64,000 nucleotides of DNA from Rhodospirillaceae bacterium (lineage in GTDB: Bacteria > Pseudomonadota > Alphaproteobacteria > UBA6615). The stretch lies in contig JABJEK010000022.1 in the NCBI GenBank assembly GCA_018702955.1, forward strand, positions 21,789 through 85,788, read 5' to 3'. The position numbers and the translations under genes were made by a program. Below the pieces are notes generated by a model. It did no database searches. It saw only the letters and a program-made list of their open reading frames with translations, and had not been told where the DNA came from. Below are positions 52,501 through 63,471 of the stretch, one piece after another. The first letter of the stretch is position 1. Each line of letters starts with the position of its first letter.

Positions 52501-53004
52501 GGCGGCTTCTTCCAGCAGAATGCGGCGGTCCGTCGGTTTCGCACTGATCAGCGCGCCGACCCGGCCCTGGCTGACGAGTGCCGTGGAACGCGGCCCGGTT
52601 GCCTGGTCGGCGAACAGGATTTGCACGTCGCGGGCGCGCACGTCGCCGCCGTTGATTTTGTAGTTCGAGCCTTTCTCACGCTCGATGCGGCGTGAGATTT
52701 CGATGTCGTCGGCATTGTTGAACTGGGTCGGTGCCGAACGCTCGGTGTTGTCGAGGCTGAGGACGACCTCGGCGGCGTTGCGTGCCGGGCGATCAGATGT
52801 GCCACCGAAAATGACGTCATCCATGCCGCCGCCGCGCATTTGCTTGGCCGACGTCTCGCCCATGACCCAGCGCAGCGCTTCCACGAGATTGGATTTGCCG
52901 CACCCGTTGGGGCCGACAATACCGGTCAGGCCGGGGGCGATATCGAGATCGGTCCCGTCAACGAACGATTTGAAGCCTGTCAGTCTCAGCTTGTTGAACT
53001 GCAC
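49534..53004 (-). CDS. smc: Chromosome segregation protein SMC
   Basis: GFKSF, Walker A GPNGCGKSN, long coiled coils, hinge, LSGGE, LDEVDAPLD, VTH. Confidence 0.98.
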   Translation of the reverse strand: MQFNKLRLTGFKSFVDGTDLDIAPGLTGIVGPNGCGKSNLVEALRWVMGETSAKQMRGGGMDDVIFGGTSDRPARNAAEVVLSLDNTERSAPTQFNNADDIEISRRIEREKGSNYKINGGDVRARDVQILFADQATGPRSTALVSQGRVGALISAKPTDRRILLEEAAGITGLHSRRHEAELRLRAAENNLERLDDVLVTLDAQLNGLKKQVRQARRYKNISHDIRRTEATVLHHRWSAARTDLAQAEESLRNSETLVAEQTRVVSEATRLRETAAAELVPLRETEAAAAAELQTLNLAREELDAEEQRNRTATEQWETRLTQIEADLGRERGLAAEARNALTRLGTEKAEIERACAGEDELIAETRTALEARAGRVEAVEAELTQLMERLATGEAQITALEREVNELSARRRRLEAQNDEAKAERAAIEEQGLSSNELETAETRLNGAEENLKSARATLETTEEKRELADVERDKARDVRSQADEALSRLRAEAGALEDLLATEAETLDADWTPMIDAIEVTAGYEAALGAALGEDLDAPSDDRAPRHWQIMGVPAEDPGLPSGVRPLSEFVSKAGPLARRLAQIGVVGNAETGDRLARDLKAGQRLVDTTGNFWRWDGYTSRNDARSTTSTRLRQRNRLTELGGRITTAETSFEKIEAEHRTAREAADHAGDAARAARAALEVADDTAADARRAHAGLAREFAARIARHENLGETLTRIQTDITDIDSRLDDARTRRDAVGDLDTLRSNTQALRSQLNEARAASVAAQGEHDRLVRESEERHRRITALAAEETSWQARDNGAGERIGELEARDAQARGELQTLAARPAEIETQRNALMDRLNASETRRNEAADAVARADERLSQAERTMRDAEAKLGDVRENKVRTESAVAQVTQTLETVIERITERLECKPEDVLALAEIAEGKELPDLDASDRRLERLLRERDNMGPVNLRAEQESEELTEKIETIQTEREDLVSAIDRLRRGIASLNREARQRLLASFQEVDKHFQELFVRLFGGGRAHLELTDAEDPLQAGLEIFASPPGKKLQSLSLLSGGEQALTATALLFAVFLTNPAPICVLDEVDAPLDDANVDRFCNLLDYISSIGTTRFLIVTHHRMTMARMDRLYGVTMPERGISQLVSVDLRGAEEIRAIA

Positions 53005-53081
53005 CGGTACGTAACCCCCAAAAAAGAACTCAACCTAGTTAGGACGACACCTGAAAGACGCCGCGCATTGTGAACACCGAA

Positions 53082-53702
53082 TCAGTTGTTCGCCAGAAGC
53101 GGATCAATGATTTCCGAGAATTCCTCGATCGACCGTGAACCCGGATAAATTTGACCACCGATCTCGAACGTCGGCGTGCTCTGAACGCCCTGTGTGCTCG
53201 CCTTCTGGCGTTCGGCGAGCAGCCCGTTGGCGAGTTCTTCATTCGCGATGCAGCTTTGGAATGTGGCGTCGTCGATGCCGGCCAGTCGCCCGATCTTTGC
53301 CAATTCACTCACAGGGTCGCTCGATTGTGCCCAGCTGGTCTGGTTCTTGAACAGAACCTGGACCAATCCAGAGAAGCGGCGTGGATCGGCGCAGCGCGCC
53401 ATCATCCCGGCGCGCAGATCGACACCGTTGAGCGGGAACTCGCGGTAAACAAAACGAACCTTGCCCGTATCCACATACTTCTTCTTCAGGTCGCCATAGA
53501 CGTCGTTGTGGAAGCTCGCGCAATGGGGGCAGGTGTAGGAGTAATACTCGACCACGGTCACCGGCGCGTCCGCGCTGCCAATGGAACGCTCCTGCAGCAC
53601 CGCGGCAGGGTCGATGGCCTGCTGGGCAGGAGCTGTCGTTGCCGCAAACGCGAGCGCAATCACGCCGGCCAGGGCGGTACCAATTCCTCTATATAGGCGC
53701 AC
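53082..53702 (-). CDS. DsbA family thiol-disulfide oxidoreductase
   Basis: Signal peptide, CPHC active site, YREFP, STPTF cis-Pro loop; GTG start. Confidence 0.92.
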   Translation of the reverse strand: MRLYRGIGTALAGVIALAFAATTAPAQQAIDPAAVLQERSIGSADAPVTVVEYYSYTCPHCASFHNDVYGDLKKKYVDTGKVRFVYREFPLNGVDLRAGMMARCADPRRFSGLVQVLFKNQTSWAQSSDPVSELAKIGRLAGIDDATFQSCIANEELANGLLAERQKASTQGVQSTPTFEIGGQIYPGSRSIEEFSEIIDPLLANN

Positions 53703-53871
53703 AAAGTCCTCCAAACACAAGATGTTGCGATTATACGGACCTGCCTTCGTCCGGCACAAGCGCGGAAAAATCGCATTGTACCAACCGGTTAGCAGGCCTG
53801 TGGGTGATCCTGGCAGGCGAATGTGACGGAAAGGAGATCGTTATCATGCCGAGGGAGGCCTCGGGCGCGGG

Positions 53872-54396
53872 TTATTTGGCGTTATCCGGCTTGTTGTGTG
53901 CCAGCACGGATTCACCGAAATCCCGCAGCGCGCGGCGCAATTCGGGATCATCGACGGCGTTGAGGTTTTCGTCGAGTTGCGCCATGTCCGCGGCATCCGC
54001 GTGAACTGTTTCGGCTGGTTTGGGGCGTTCGGGCACGGAGATCGGCCCCTGATGCAGGCGAAGGCCCGCGACCGCCCGGTAGCCGTAATAGGAATTGATG
54101 CGTTCGATGACCTGGGGTTCGAGATGCTGAAGCTCGAGCGCCAGCGGGCCGGTGACCTTTACATGCAGGGTGCCGCCTTCGCCCTCGGGCCCGCGCACGA
54201 GGCGCATCGGCACGCACTGGCTGGCCAGGTCGTCGCCGACAATATCGTGCCAATCGGAGAACACGCTCGCTTCGAAGAAGCCACGCTTTCGCCTGATCGG
54301 TGCGGTCGCGCGAGCGCTGTCGGCACCGATGGCGCGCAGCCCGCCGGCACGCTTACTTGTGCGCTTGTTCTTCTTATTGTCGGGTTTCGCGGCCAT
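53872..54396 (-). CDS. DUF721 / DciA family protein
   Basis: W..IVG..LA....P, L.V......A.ELQH....I.RIN..YG..AV..L; sits between mutY and dsbA-smc. Confidence 0.85.
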   Translation of the reverse strand: MAAKPDNKKNKRTSKRAGGLRAIGADSARATAPIRRKRGFFEASVFSDWHDIVGDDLASQCVPMRLVRGPEGEGGTLHVKVTGPLALELQHLEPQVIERINSYYGYRAVAGLRLHQGPISVPERPKPAETVHADAADMAQLDENLNAVDDPELRRALRDFGESVLAHNKPDNAK

Positions 54397-54442
54397 GGCC
54401 CATGTTAGAAGGCGGGGCTGACCGCCACAATGTTTCTCAACG

Positions 54443-56633
<2,191 letters not shown>

Positions 56634-56688
56634 TCACCGTCAATCAGAAAATCTCTGAAAGGCCGATTTAGTGTTTGGAGTCAGCCGG

Positions 56689-57312
56689 TTAACGAGATGT
56701 TGGGGTGTGATCGAGCAATTTGCGTATGGGTGCGAAGCTGCGTCGGTGATGAATTGTCACACCGAGGGATTCGAGCGCGCCGCGGTGCTCCGCCGTGCCA
56801 TAGCCGGCATTGCGTTCCCAGCCATAGCCGGGATGGTCGCGCGCCAGTGCCGCCATCAGCCGGTCGCGGGTGACCTTCGCCGCGATCGATGCGGCCGCGA
56901 TCGCCAGGAATTTGGAATCACCGCGCACCACCGTTTCGCCCGGGCAGGGAAGTTCGGGCATTTGATTTCCGTCGATCAGGGCGCGGGTTGGAGCAACCGG
57001 AAGCGCGGTCACGGCCCGGGTCATGGCCCGTAGCGTGGCGCGCAGAATATTGTGCGCGTCGATTTCGGGGACCTCGGCGGCCTCGATCGACAACCAAAGC
57101 GTTCCCCGGCTTTCCTCCTCGCGGATGATCTCGAAGCAGCGTTCGCGCGCCACCTTGGTGAGCGCCTTGGAATCATTGACCCCGGCGCGCTGCAGGATAT
57201 CTGTGCTCTCGGCGGTCAGGATCGCGGCGGCCGCAACAACCGGTCCGGCCCAGGGGCCGCGGCCGGCTTCATCGACCCCGGCGATCAGTTCGGTGGTGTC
57301 AGCTTCCAGCAT
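56689..57312 (-). CDS. rnhB: Ribonuclease HII
   Basis: GVDEAGRGP, DSKAL, IDGN, AAASIAAKV.RD, GYGT..H, HRRSF. Confidence 0.97.
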   Translation of the reverse strand: MLEADTTELIAGVDEAGRGPWAGPVVAAAAILTAESTDILQRAGVNDSKALTKVARERCFEIIREEESRGTLWLSIEAAEVPEIDAHNILRATLRAMTRAVTALPVAPTRALIDGNQMPELPCPGETVVRGDSKFLAIAAASIAAKVTRDRLMAALARDHPGYGWERNAGYGTAEHRGALESLGVTIHHRRSFAPIRKLLDHTPTSR

Positions 57313-57321
57313 GCGCGCCGG

Positions 57322-58692
57322 TCAGTCCGAGTTGCCGGTGCGTGGTTTTCGCCGTCCCAGCCGTTTGATGCCGTCGGGGACGGACAATCGTTTGATGCCG
57401 TCGGGGACCGAGAATCGTTTGACCCCGTCCGGTACCGAGATGCGCACCGCAGAAATTTTTCGCACGGCGGCCTTGGTCCAGTCGGCCTCGCGCCCGAACG
57501 CAACGCGGAAGACATAGCGGATTGATGCCCGCTGGTATCGTGCCGCACCATGCAGCCGGCGGATCGCGTTCATGTAGAGAGGCGAGATCACCAGGGACAG
57601 CGCGGTCACCGAGAGAATTATTCTGAACTCGTCGCCCGAGATGATTCCCCGTTGCAGCCCCACATTGCCGAGCAGGAATGAAAATTCGCCGACCTGGGCG
57701 AGAATCAATGCACTCAACAAGGCTTGCGCCCATGGCTGGCGGAGCGCGGCGAAGATCGACAGGTTGATGGCGGTCTTGCCGACGGTGACGATCAGCAGCA
57801 TCAGGATGATGATGCCGAGATTGTCCCATATCAGCGACACGTCGATCAGCAGGCCGACCGACAGGAAGAACACCATCATCAGCACGCTCTGGATCGGCAT
57901 CACCATGTCCAGCATGCTGACGCGAAGATTGCTGTTGCCGATTGTAAGACCCGCAAGAAACGCGCCATAGGCCGGAGACAGACCGAGCAATCCGGAGACG
58001 GTGGCGGCACCGAAACAGCAGACCAGTCCGAGCAGGGGGGTCAGATCCTTGTGACCCTCCGTCCGGCTCAGGAACGGAATAATCAGACGCTGGCGTCGGC
58101 TCAGGAAAATGATCAATGCCAGCAGGAAGCCGACCGACAGGGCAATTCGGCCGACGGCGAAGATGCTGAAGGCGCCGTCGGCGACCACGTCCAGCAGCAA
58201 AATCATCGGGACGACCGCAAGATCCTGCGCGATCAGGATGCCGACCGTGATCTGGCCGGTGCGGGTACGCAGCTCATCGATATCCTCGAGCATCTTGACC
58301 GCGACCGCCGTACTCGACAGCGCGAGCACGAACGCCAGCAACGCGATCGCCCCCGTCGGCCAGCCCTGCCATTGTCCGATGAGCCAGACGAGAGCCGTTG
58401 CGCCCGCCGTCTGCAGGACGACGGTGGTGACGGCGATTTTCCAAATCTGGCGGAACGCACGAAGGCTCAGCTCCATGCCGATGACGAAGAGCAGCAGCAG
58501 CATCCCCAACTCGGCGAGCAGGCCGATGCTTTCCTCGTTCTCGACCAGTCCGAGACCAGACGGGCCGAGGACAAATCCGGCGATGATGTAGCCGACGACG
58601 GCGGGTTGTTTCAGGCGCGTGAAGAACAGGCCGCACAACAGTGCAACGAGCGCGACAACGGTGAGCGGAAGCAATTCATGGTTCGTCAGCAT
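57322..58692 (-). CDS. CPA2-family cation:proton antiporter without a C-terminal KTN/RCK domain
   Basis: VGYI.AG..LGP, LLLF.IGME, ALSSTAV, LIAQDL, GAFLAG, FF.SVG, LAQVGEFSF. Confidence 0.9.
   Translation of the reverse strand: MLTNHELLPLTVVALVALLCGLFFTRLKQPAVVGYIIAGFVLGPSGLGLVENEESIGLLAELGMLLLLFVIGMELSLRAFRQIWKIAVTTVVLQTAGATALVWLIGQWQGWPTGAIALLAFVLALSSTAVAVKMLEDIDELRTRTGQITVGILIAQDLAVVPMILLLDVVADGAFSIFAVGRIALSVGFLLALIIFLSRRQRLIIPFLSRTEGHKDLTPLLGLVCCFGAATVSGLLGLSPAYGAFLAGLTIGNSNLRVSMLDMVMPIQSVLMMVFFLSVGLLIDVSLIWDNLGIIILMLLIVTVGKTAINLSIFAALRQPWAQALLSALILAQVGEFSFLLGNVGLQRGIISGDEFRIILSVTALSLVISPLYMNAIRRLHGAARYQRASIRYVFRVAFGREADWTKAAVRKISAVRISVPDGVKRFSVPDGIKRLSVPDGIKRLGRRKPRTGNSD
57362..57442. 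repeat. Three tandem 27-bp in-frame repeats in the antiporter tail
   Basis: cgtttgatgccgtcggggacggacaat / cgtttgatgccgtcggggaccgagaat / cgtttgaccccgtccggtaccgagatg, encoding [ILF]SVPDG[IV]KR x3. Confidence 0.92.
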
Positions 58693-58736
58693 CTTGGCCG
58701 CACGCTAGCACAACGTCCGGCCTGCATCGGGTGAAT

Positions 58737-59921
58737 TCAGTCCGCGTTCTCCGCGAACAAATTCAACTGACCAATGGCCGTTTGACTCACGCCTTCTCTT
58801 TGAAATTGCCGGGCGTCGAGCAACGTCGGCTCCGTGGAATAGCCCTGCTGGCGCCGCGCGATCGCGAAGCGTTCCCGCAGCAGCTTTGCCAGCTCGCCGG
58901 TGCCGCGCATGCGCTCGCCAAACCCGCTCTTGTACAGTTCGCCGCCACGCATCTCGCGCAGACGGTTCAACACGCGCCGCTTCCGATCGGGATAGTGGGT
59001 GGCCAGCCATTCCTCGAACAAATCCTTCAGTTCGAGCGGCAGGCGCAGGAGGATGTAGCTGGCATGTGTGGCGCCGGCCTGGCGGGCGCGAATGAGGATG
59101 GCCTCCAGCTCGTGGTCGTTCAGGGCCGGGATCATCGGTGCGGCCATGACAGTGACCGGGAGGCCCGCTGCTGCGAGCATCCGGATTGTCTCGAGGCGCC
59201 GTTCGGGCCGTGCCGCGCGTGGTTCCATGTTCTGGGCCAGTTCGGCGTCCAGTGTGGTGACCGAAACACCGACGGTGGCGAGCCCCTTGGCTGCCATCGG
59301 GGCGAGGATGTCGAGGTCGCGTGTGACCAGTGCGCTCTTCGTCACGATGGAGACGGGGTGATCATGGGCGGCGAGAACTTCGAGAATCGAACGGGTGATC
59401 TTCAGCCGTCGCTCGATGGGCTGATAGGGATCGGTGTTGGTGCCCATGGCGATGGCACGTGGCTTGTATCCCGGGCGCGCGAGTTCGCGGGTCAGCAGTT
59501 CCGCGGCATTCGGTTTGGCGAAGAGCCGCGTCTCGAAATCCAGACCGGGTGACAGGCCGAGCCAGGCATGGGTCGGCCGGGCAAAACAATAGACGCAGCC
59601 ATGCTCGCAGCCCCGATAGGCATTGATCGAACGATCAAATGGCAGGTCCGGCGAATCGTTCCGCGCGATGATGGTTTTCGTCCGGTCGAACGTGACAATT
59701 GTGTCGAGACGCGGGGCCGGGTCCCCGTCGGCGCTCTCGCGTCCGGTGCGCCAGCCATCGTCGGTGGCCTCGGCTCGGAGACGCTCGAAACGACCGGTGC
59801 GATTGGAAATGGCGCCGCGCCCGGGCCGGTGGCGATCGGGAATTCGATCCGGCGACGCATTACGTAATCCGCCCTGCTGTCCCGCATCGGGGGTGATGTG
59901 TCGATCGATGATCTTGTTCAT
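58737..59921 (-). CDS. PA0069-family radical SAM protein (SplB-related, putative DNA repair)
   Basis: N.SPDLPFDRSINAYRGCEHGCVYCFARPTH (CxxxCxxC), GTNTDPYQP.E, LRLP.E; C-terminal QLNLF. Confidence 0.92.
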   Translation of the reverse strand: MNKIIDRHITPDAGQQGGLRNASPDRIPDRHRPGRGAISNRTGRFERLRAEATDDGWRTGRESADGDPAPRLDTIVTFDRTKTIIARNDSPDLPFDRSINAYRGCEHGCVYCFARPTHAWLGLSPGLDFETRLFAKPNAAELLTRELARPGYKPRAIAMGTNTDPYQPIERRLKITRSILEVLAAHDHPVSIVTKSALVTRDLDILAPMAAKGLATVGVSVTTLDAELAQNMEPRAARPERRLETIRMLAAAGLPVTVMAAPMIPALNDHELEAILIRARQAGATHASYILLRLPLELKDLFEEWLATHYPDRKRRVLNRLREMRGGELYKSGFGERMRGTGELAKLLRERFAIARRQQGYSTEPTLLDARQFQREGVSQTAIGQLNLFAENAD

Positions 59922-59944
59922 GGGCTAATGATAATACGCAAAAA

Positions 59945-59959
59945 GAACAAAACAAGAAC
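59945..59959 (-). promoter_or_regulatory. Alphaproteobacterial LexA (SOS) box
   Basis: GAAC-AAAACAA-GAAC on +, i.e. GTTC-N7-GTTC on the coding strand, about 24 nt upstream of the radical SAM ATG. Confidence 0.88.
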
Positions 59960-60018
59960 AATCGTCTTACTGCAGCCGGGTTCCCTAAAATATTATATAT
60001 ATCAGATAGTTGACAGGT

Positions 60019-61038
60019 TCATGCGAGCCAGTCGCGGCGTGTTTCCACGATGATTCCCGGCTCGAAGCAACGCTCGACATGGGCACGAATATGCGCCGCC
60101 ATTCGGGAATCGCGCATGGCCGCGTGGTCCGTATCGGACCATTCGGCCTTCCAGCGGGCGAACCAGGTGATGGTGCGCAGCCATGTCAGCCGCCGCAGAG
60201 GCAGGAGCCACGGACCGAGTTCTGCTGCCCGTTCCCGGCCGACCAGTCCGAGATAATGCTGGTAGAACAGTTCCACATCGTCCGCCGTCAGGTCGCCCCG
60301 GCAGTCCGGATCCCATCCCGTGGAGGTCAGCAGGGTGACATGTGCCAGATCGATCGGGACGGCGCCGTACAGCGCCTTTTCAAGGTCGACGAACCAGGCC
60401 TTGCCGCCATCGTCGATCAGGAAGTTGCCCGGGTGTGCGTCCGTGCAGACCAGGCAAGGGGCGAAATTCGGCTCACCCTGGCCGGCGAAGTCCCGAGCCC
60501 AATCGAGGTCCTGTCGAATGCCCGCTTCGCTCTCGGGGTCGAGACTTGCCTTGGCGAGGAACGCCGCCTGTTCCTCGATTGTCTGGAGCGTCGATGACAC
60601 CGGATTGCGATGAACCTGGAGCGGCGGGAGCTGATCACCGGCGGGAACGGGCAGGCTGTGAATCGCCGCGAGCGCGTCCGCGATGGCCGGCAGATCACGG
60701 GGCAGGTGAGGTGCGCGCCCGGCGATTTCCTCGACGAGCAAGGCGCCGCGCGGGAGCGCATCATCCGGTGCCATCACGGCGATACATTGCGGCGTGTGCC
60801 CGCTGGCGGCGGCGCGTTCGAACGCGGCGGCCTGGTAGGCGAGCGCGTCTTCGGCGCGCAGGCCCCATTGGTTCATGCGGGGTATGCGCAGCACCATTCC
60901 GGTGTCGGCCACCCGCCAGTGATCATGCGAAACACCCTTGGTCGAATGGACCGAAAGATCGTCACCATTCAACCCCGGGGCATGCCCGGAATGCCGCAAT
61001 CGTTCGGCAATTGCGTCGGGATCGAGCTCATCCGTCAT
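60019..61038 (-). CDS. APH/choline kinase-like phosphotransferase
   Basis: VLRIPR, ALAAIH, catalytic loop CTDAHPGNFL, VDLE, DLAH. Confidence 0.8.
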   Translation of the reverse strand: MTDELDPDAIAERLRHSGHAPGLNGDDLSVHSTKGVSHDHWRVADTGMVLRIPRMNQWGLRAEDALAYQAAAFERAAASGHTPQCIAVMAPDDALPRGALLVEEIAGRAPHLPRDLPAIADALAAIHSLPVPAGDQLPPLQVHRNPVSSTLQTIEEQAAFLAKASLDPESEAGIRQDLDWARDFAGQGEPNFAPCLVCTDAHPGNFLIDDGGKAWFVDLEKALYGAVPIDLAHVTLLTSTGWDPDCRGDLTADDVELFYQHYLGLVGRERAAELGPWLLPLRRLTWLRTITWFARWKAEWSDTDHAAMRDSRMAAHIRAHVERCFEPGIIVETRRDWLA

Positions 61039-61063
61039 GGGTTAGAGCGCTTCGCGCATGGAT

Positions 61064-61612
61064 CTAGAGCGGTTCGCGCCCTTCATGCTCGCGCAGCCGC
61101 GGCAACAACTCGGCGAAGTTGCACGGCTTGTGCCGGATATCGAGCTGATCTTTCAGAATATCGTCCCAGCCGTCACGGCACGCACCGGGCGAACCCGGCA
61201 GTACGAATATATAGGTGCCCGTCAGCACACCGGCATCGGCGCGAGACTGGACCGTCGAGGTGCCGATTTTCTGAAAACTGATCCAGCGAAACAATTCGCC
61301 AAACCCGTCGATACGCTTCTCCACCACATCGCCGAGCGCTTCCGGGGTGACGTCGTTTCCCGTCACGCCGGTGCCGCCGGTTGAGATGACCACCTCGATC
61401 TCCGGGTCGGCGGCCCAGTCACGGAACTGGCCCGCAATCGTGGCCCGGTCATCCTTTACGATCGCGCGCGTCGCCAGCACATGGCCGGCGGACTGCAGGC
61501 GTTCACACAGGGTATCGCCGGACCGGTCGTCATCCAGCCCGCGGGTGTCGGAGATCGTCAGGACGGCGATGCGTACCGGTTTGAATTCCGGGTCGGGCTC
61601 AGTCTGTGCCAT
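61064..61612 (-). CDS. moaB: Molybdenum cofactor biosynthesis protein B
   Basis: IAVLTISD, DRSG, TGGTG.T..DVTPEA, GFGELFR, QSRA, LPGSPGAC.DGW. Confidence 0.95.
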   Translation of the reverse strand: MAQTEPDPEFKPVRIAVLTISDTRGLDDDRSGDTLCERLQSAGHVLATRAIVKDDRATIAGQFRDWAADPEIEVVISTGGTGVTGNDVTPEALGDVVEKRIDGFGELFRWISFQKIGTSTVQSRADAGVLTGTYIFVLPGSPGACRDGWDDILKDQLDIRHKPCNFAELLPRLREHEGREPL

Positions 61613-63383
61613 TGGTATCCTGCGCCTCATAACGTGGCCAGCGGCCGGCGACGATATCGTCGAGCGAGGGTGAATTCTGCCCCAGTCTGTCGCGGTAGAT
61701 CCAGAGATTGGTCAGGATGCGTTCGACGAAGGCACGCGTCTCGCGCGACGGCAGGCTCTCGATGAACAGCAACGGATCGTTGCCATGGGGCACATTGCGT
61801 TCCCATTTGCGCAGATTGCCCGGGCCGGCGTTGTAAGCCGTGGCCGTCCTGAACAGATCATTCTGGATGCCGCGTTCGGACATCAGCAGCTCGATATATT
61901 GCTGGCCCAGCGCAAGATTGAACTCGGGATCGAAGAGTTTGTATTTTCCGCGGCCGCGCAAGGCGCTCTCGCGGGCGACATAGCTCGCGGTTCGCGGCAT
62001 CAGCTGCATCAGCCCACGCGCACCGGCGTGGCTCTTGGCGCGGCGGTTGAAGGCTGATTCCTGTCGCACGAATGCGAAGACGAGTGCCTTGTCGACCGCA
62101 TAACCGTCGGCGGGCGCCCAGTCAGGCACCGGATAGGCGGTGGCCAGCTTTGCCTGTTGTTCGGCGAAACCCGACAGCTTGAGTGATACCGCCGGCAGGT
62201 TTGCATGGGCCGCGAGCGCGAGGACATCGGGCAGGAGGGCCGATTGCGCGGCGGCGAGGTTGAGCAGTTCGCGCTCGGCTTCATGTTCTTGTCCGACCTG
62301 CAGCAATGCAATCGCCCGTCCGCCGATCCGGGTGTCGGCAATGTCGCGGAAATCGCCAAAATGAAGGTCCGGTTTTTTCCATCCGAAGTCGGCCGTGACA
62401 CCCAGCGCGCGGCGTGACAGCAATCCGTAGAAATGCCGTTCGTGCACCGCGCCGATTTCCAGAAACACGGTGACCCGGTCCGGGTGCCCGTTGGTCAGTG
62501 CTGCGCGTGCAGCCCAGAAACCGCCAGCCGAGACGAGCGAGTCCGCCGCTGGGGTCGATTGCGCCAGGGTGGAGAACAGGGTTTCGGCATCCTGTGTCTT
62601 GCCGAGCCGCCAGGCTGCCAATCCGCCCCACCAATAGGCGAGGGGCGCTGCACCCGGTGCGATGACGTCTGCTGCCCATGCCGCGCTGAGGGCGGTCTCG
62701 TCCTTGCCGGCGCGAAAATAGCCACGGGCGATGTCGCGCCATGCCTGTGCGATCTGAATATTGTTCAGCCGTCGCTGTGTCGCGCGCTGTTCGAGAAGCT
62801 GTTTGGCACCCGTTGGCCAGCCGCGCGCAACACGCCGCCGCATATCGCTCTGGAGGTCCCGCCCCTCGCGCGTCGATGCGCGTGAGTAAAGCGGGCGGCC
62901 TTCCGAGGCCTTGCGGACGGCTTCGCCACGGATGGCCAGGGTGTTCGTGATCGGCGCCGCTGCCGCACGGACACCACTTGGCTGGCGCAACACGGCAAGC
63001 CGATGGATGCGCCGCGCTTGCGGGTGGTCGGCATGCGCTGCCATCCAGGCGCGAAGTTCGGTGAACCGGGAACGGTACTTGGTCGGGTGCAGGTAACGCT
63101 GGGCCTCGACATGCCCCATCAGGCGTCGGTCCTGGATGCGCGCGACGATCGCGTTTGCAGATTTCCAGTCACCGGTTTCCTGTAGCTCGAAGACCCGCTT
63201 GTATCGGGCTGCATCGGCGGTGGACAACACACCCTCGACGGAACCGATGCCCGGGATCACCAGTGTCCCGGGTCCAACCAGGGCGGTCTCGAGCGGTCGC
63301 GGCTTGGGCTGCTGGGCCTGCGCGATACCTGTCCATGCCAACAGGGTGGCAGCTGCCAGCGAAATGACGACCCGATACTTCAC
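61599..63383 (-). CDS. Soluble lytic transglycosylase (SLT domain with alpha-helical N-terminal region)
   Basis: Signal peptide; RQESAF, GARGLMQLMP, AYNAGPGN, ETRAFV; GTG start after GGAGG. Confidence 0.92.
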   Translation of the reverse strand: MKYRVVISLAAATLLAWTGIAQAQQPKPRPLETALVGPGTLVIPGIGSVEGVLSTADAARYKRVFELQETGDWKSANAIVARIQDRRLMGHVEAQRYLHPTKYRSRFTELRAWMAAHADHPQARRIHRLAVLRQPSGVRAAAAPITNTLAIRGEAVRKASEGRPLYSRASTREGRDLQSDMRRRVARGWPTGAKQLLEQRATQRRLNNIQIAQAWRDIARGYFRAGKDETALSAAWAADVIAPGAAPLAYWWGGLAAWRLGKTQDAETLFSTLAQSTPAADSLVSAGGFWAARAALTNGHPDRVTVFLEIGAVHERHFYGLLSRRALGVTADFGWKKPDLHFGDFRDIADTRIGGRAIALLQVGQEHEAERELLNLAAAQSALLPDVLALAAHANLPAVSLKLSGFAEQQAKLATAYPVPDWAPADGYAVDKALVFAFVRQESAFNRRAKSHAGARGLMQLMPRTASYVARESALRGRGKYKLFDPEFNLALGQQYIELLMSERGIQNDLFRTATAYNAGPGNLRKWERNVPHGNDPLLFIESLPSRETRAFVERILTNLWIYRDRLGQNSPSLDDIVAGRWPRYEAQDTNGTD

Positions 63384-63471
63384 GATGCTACCGCCTCCAT
63401 TGAAAAGCTGGGCATTCATACAACCCGGTCGGTTCGTCCGGCAAGGTGCCGCGCCGTGCCTTCACAATTCG

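Noticed and set aside
49534..54396. parS, dif or oriC near smc/DciA
   Set aside because: No parS palindrome or clustered intergenic DnaA boxes noticed by eye.
57362..57442. 27-bp repeats as a CRISPR array
   Set aside because: Contiguous, spacer-less, in-frame within a CDS, and no cas genes.
60019..61038. Aminoglycoside resistance gene
   Set aside because: Only the fold is shared; chromosomal housekeeping context with no mobility features.
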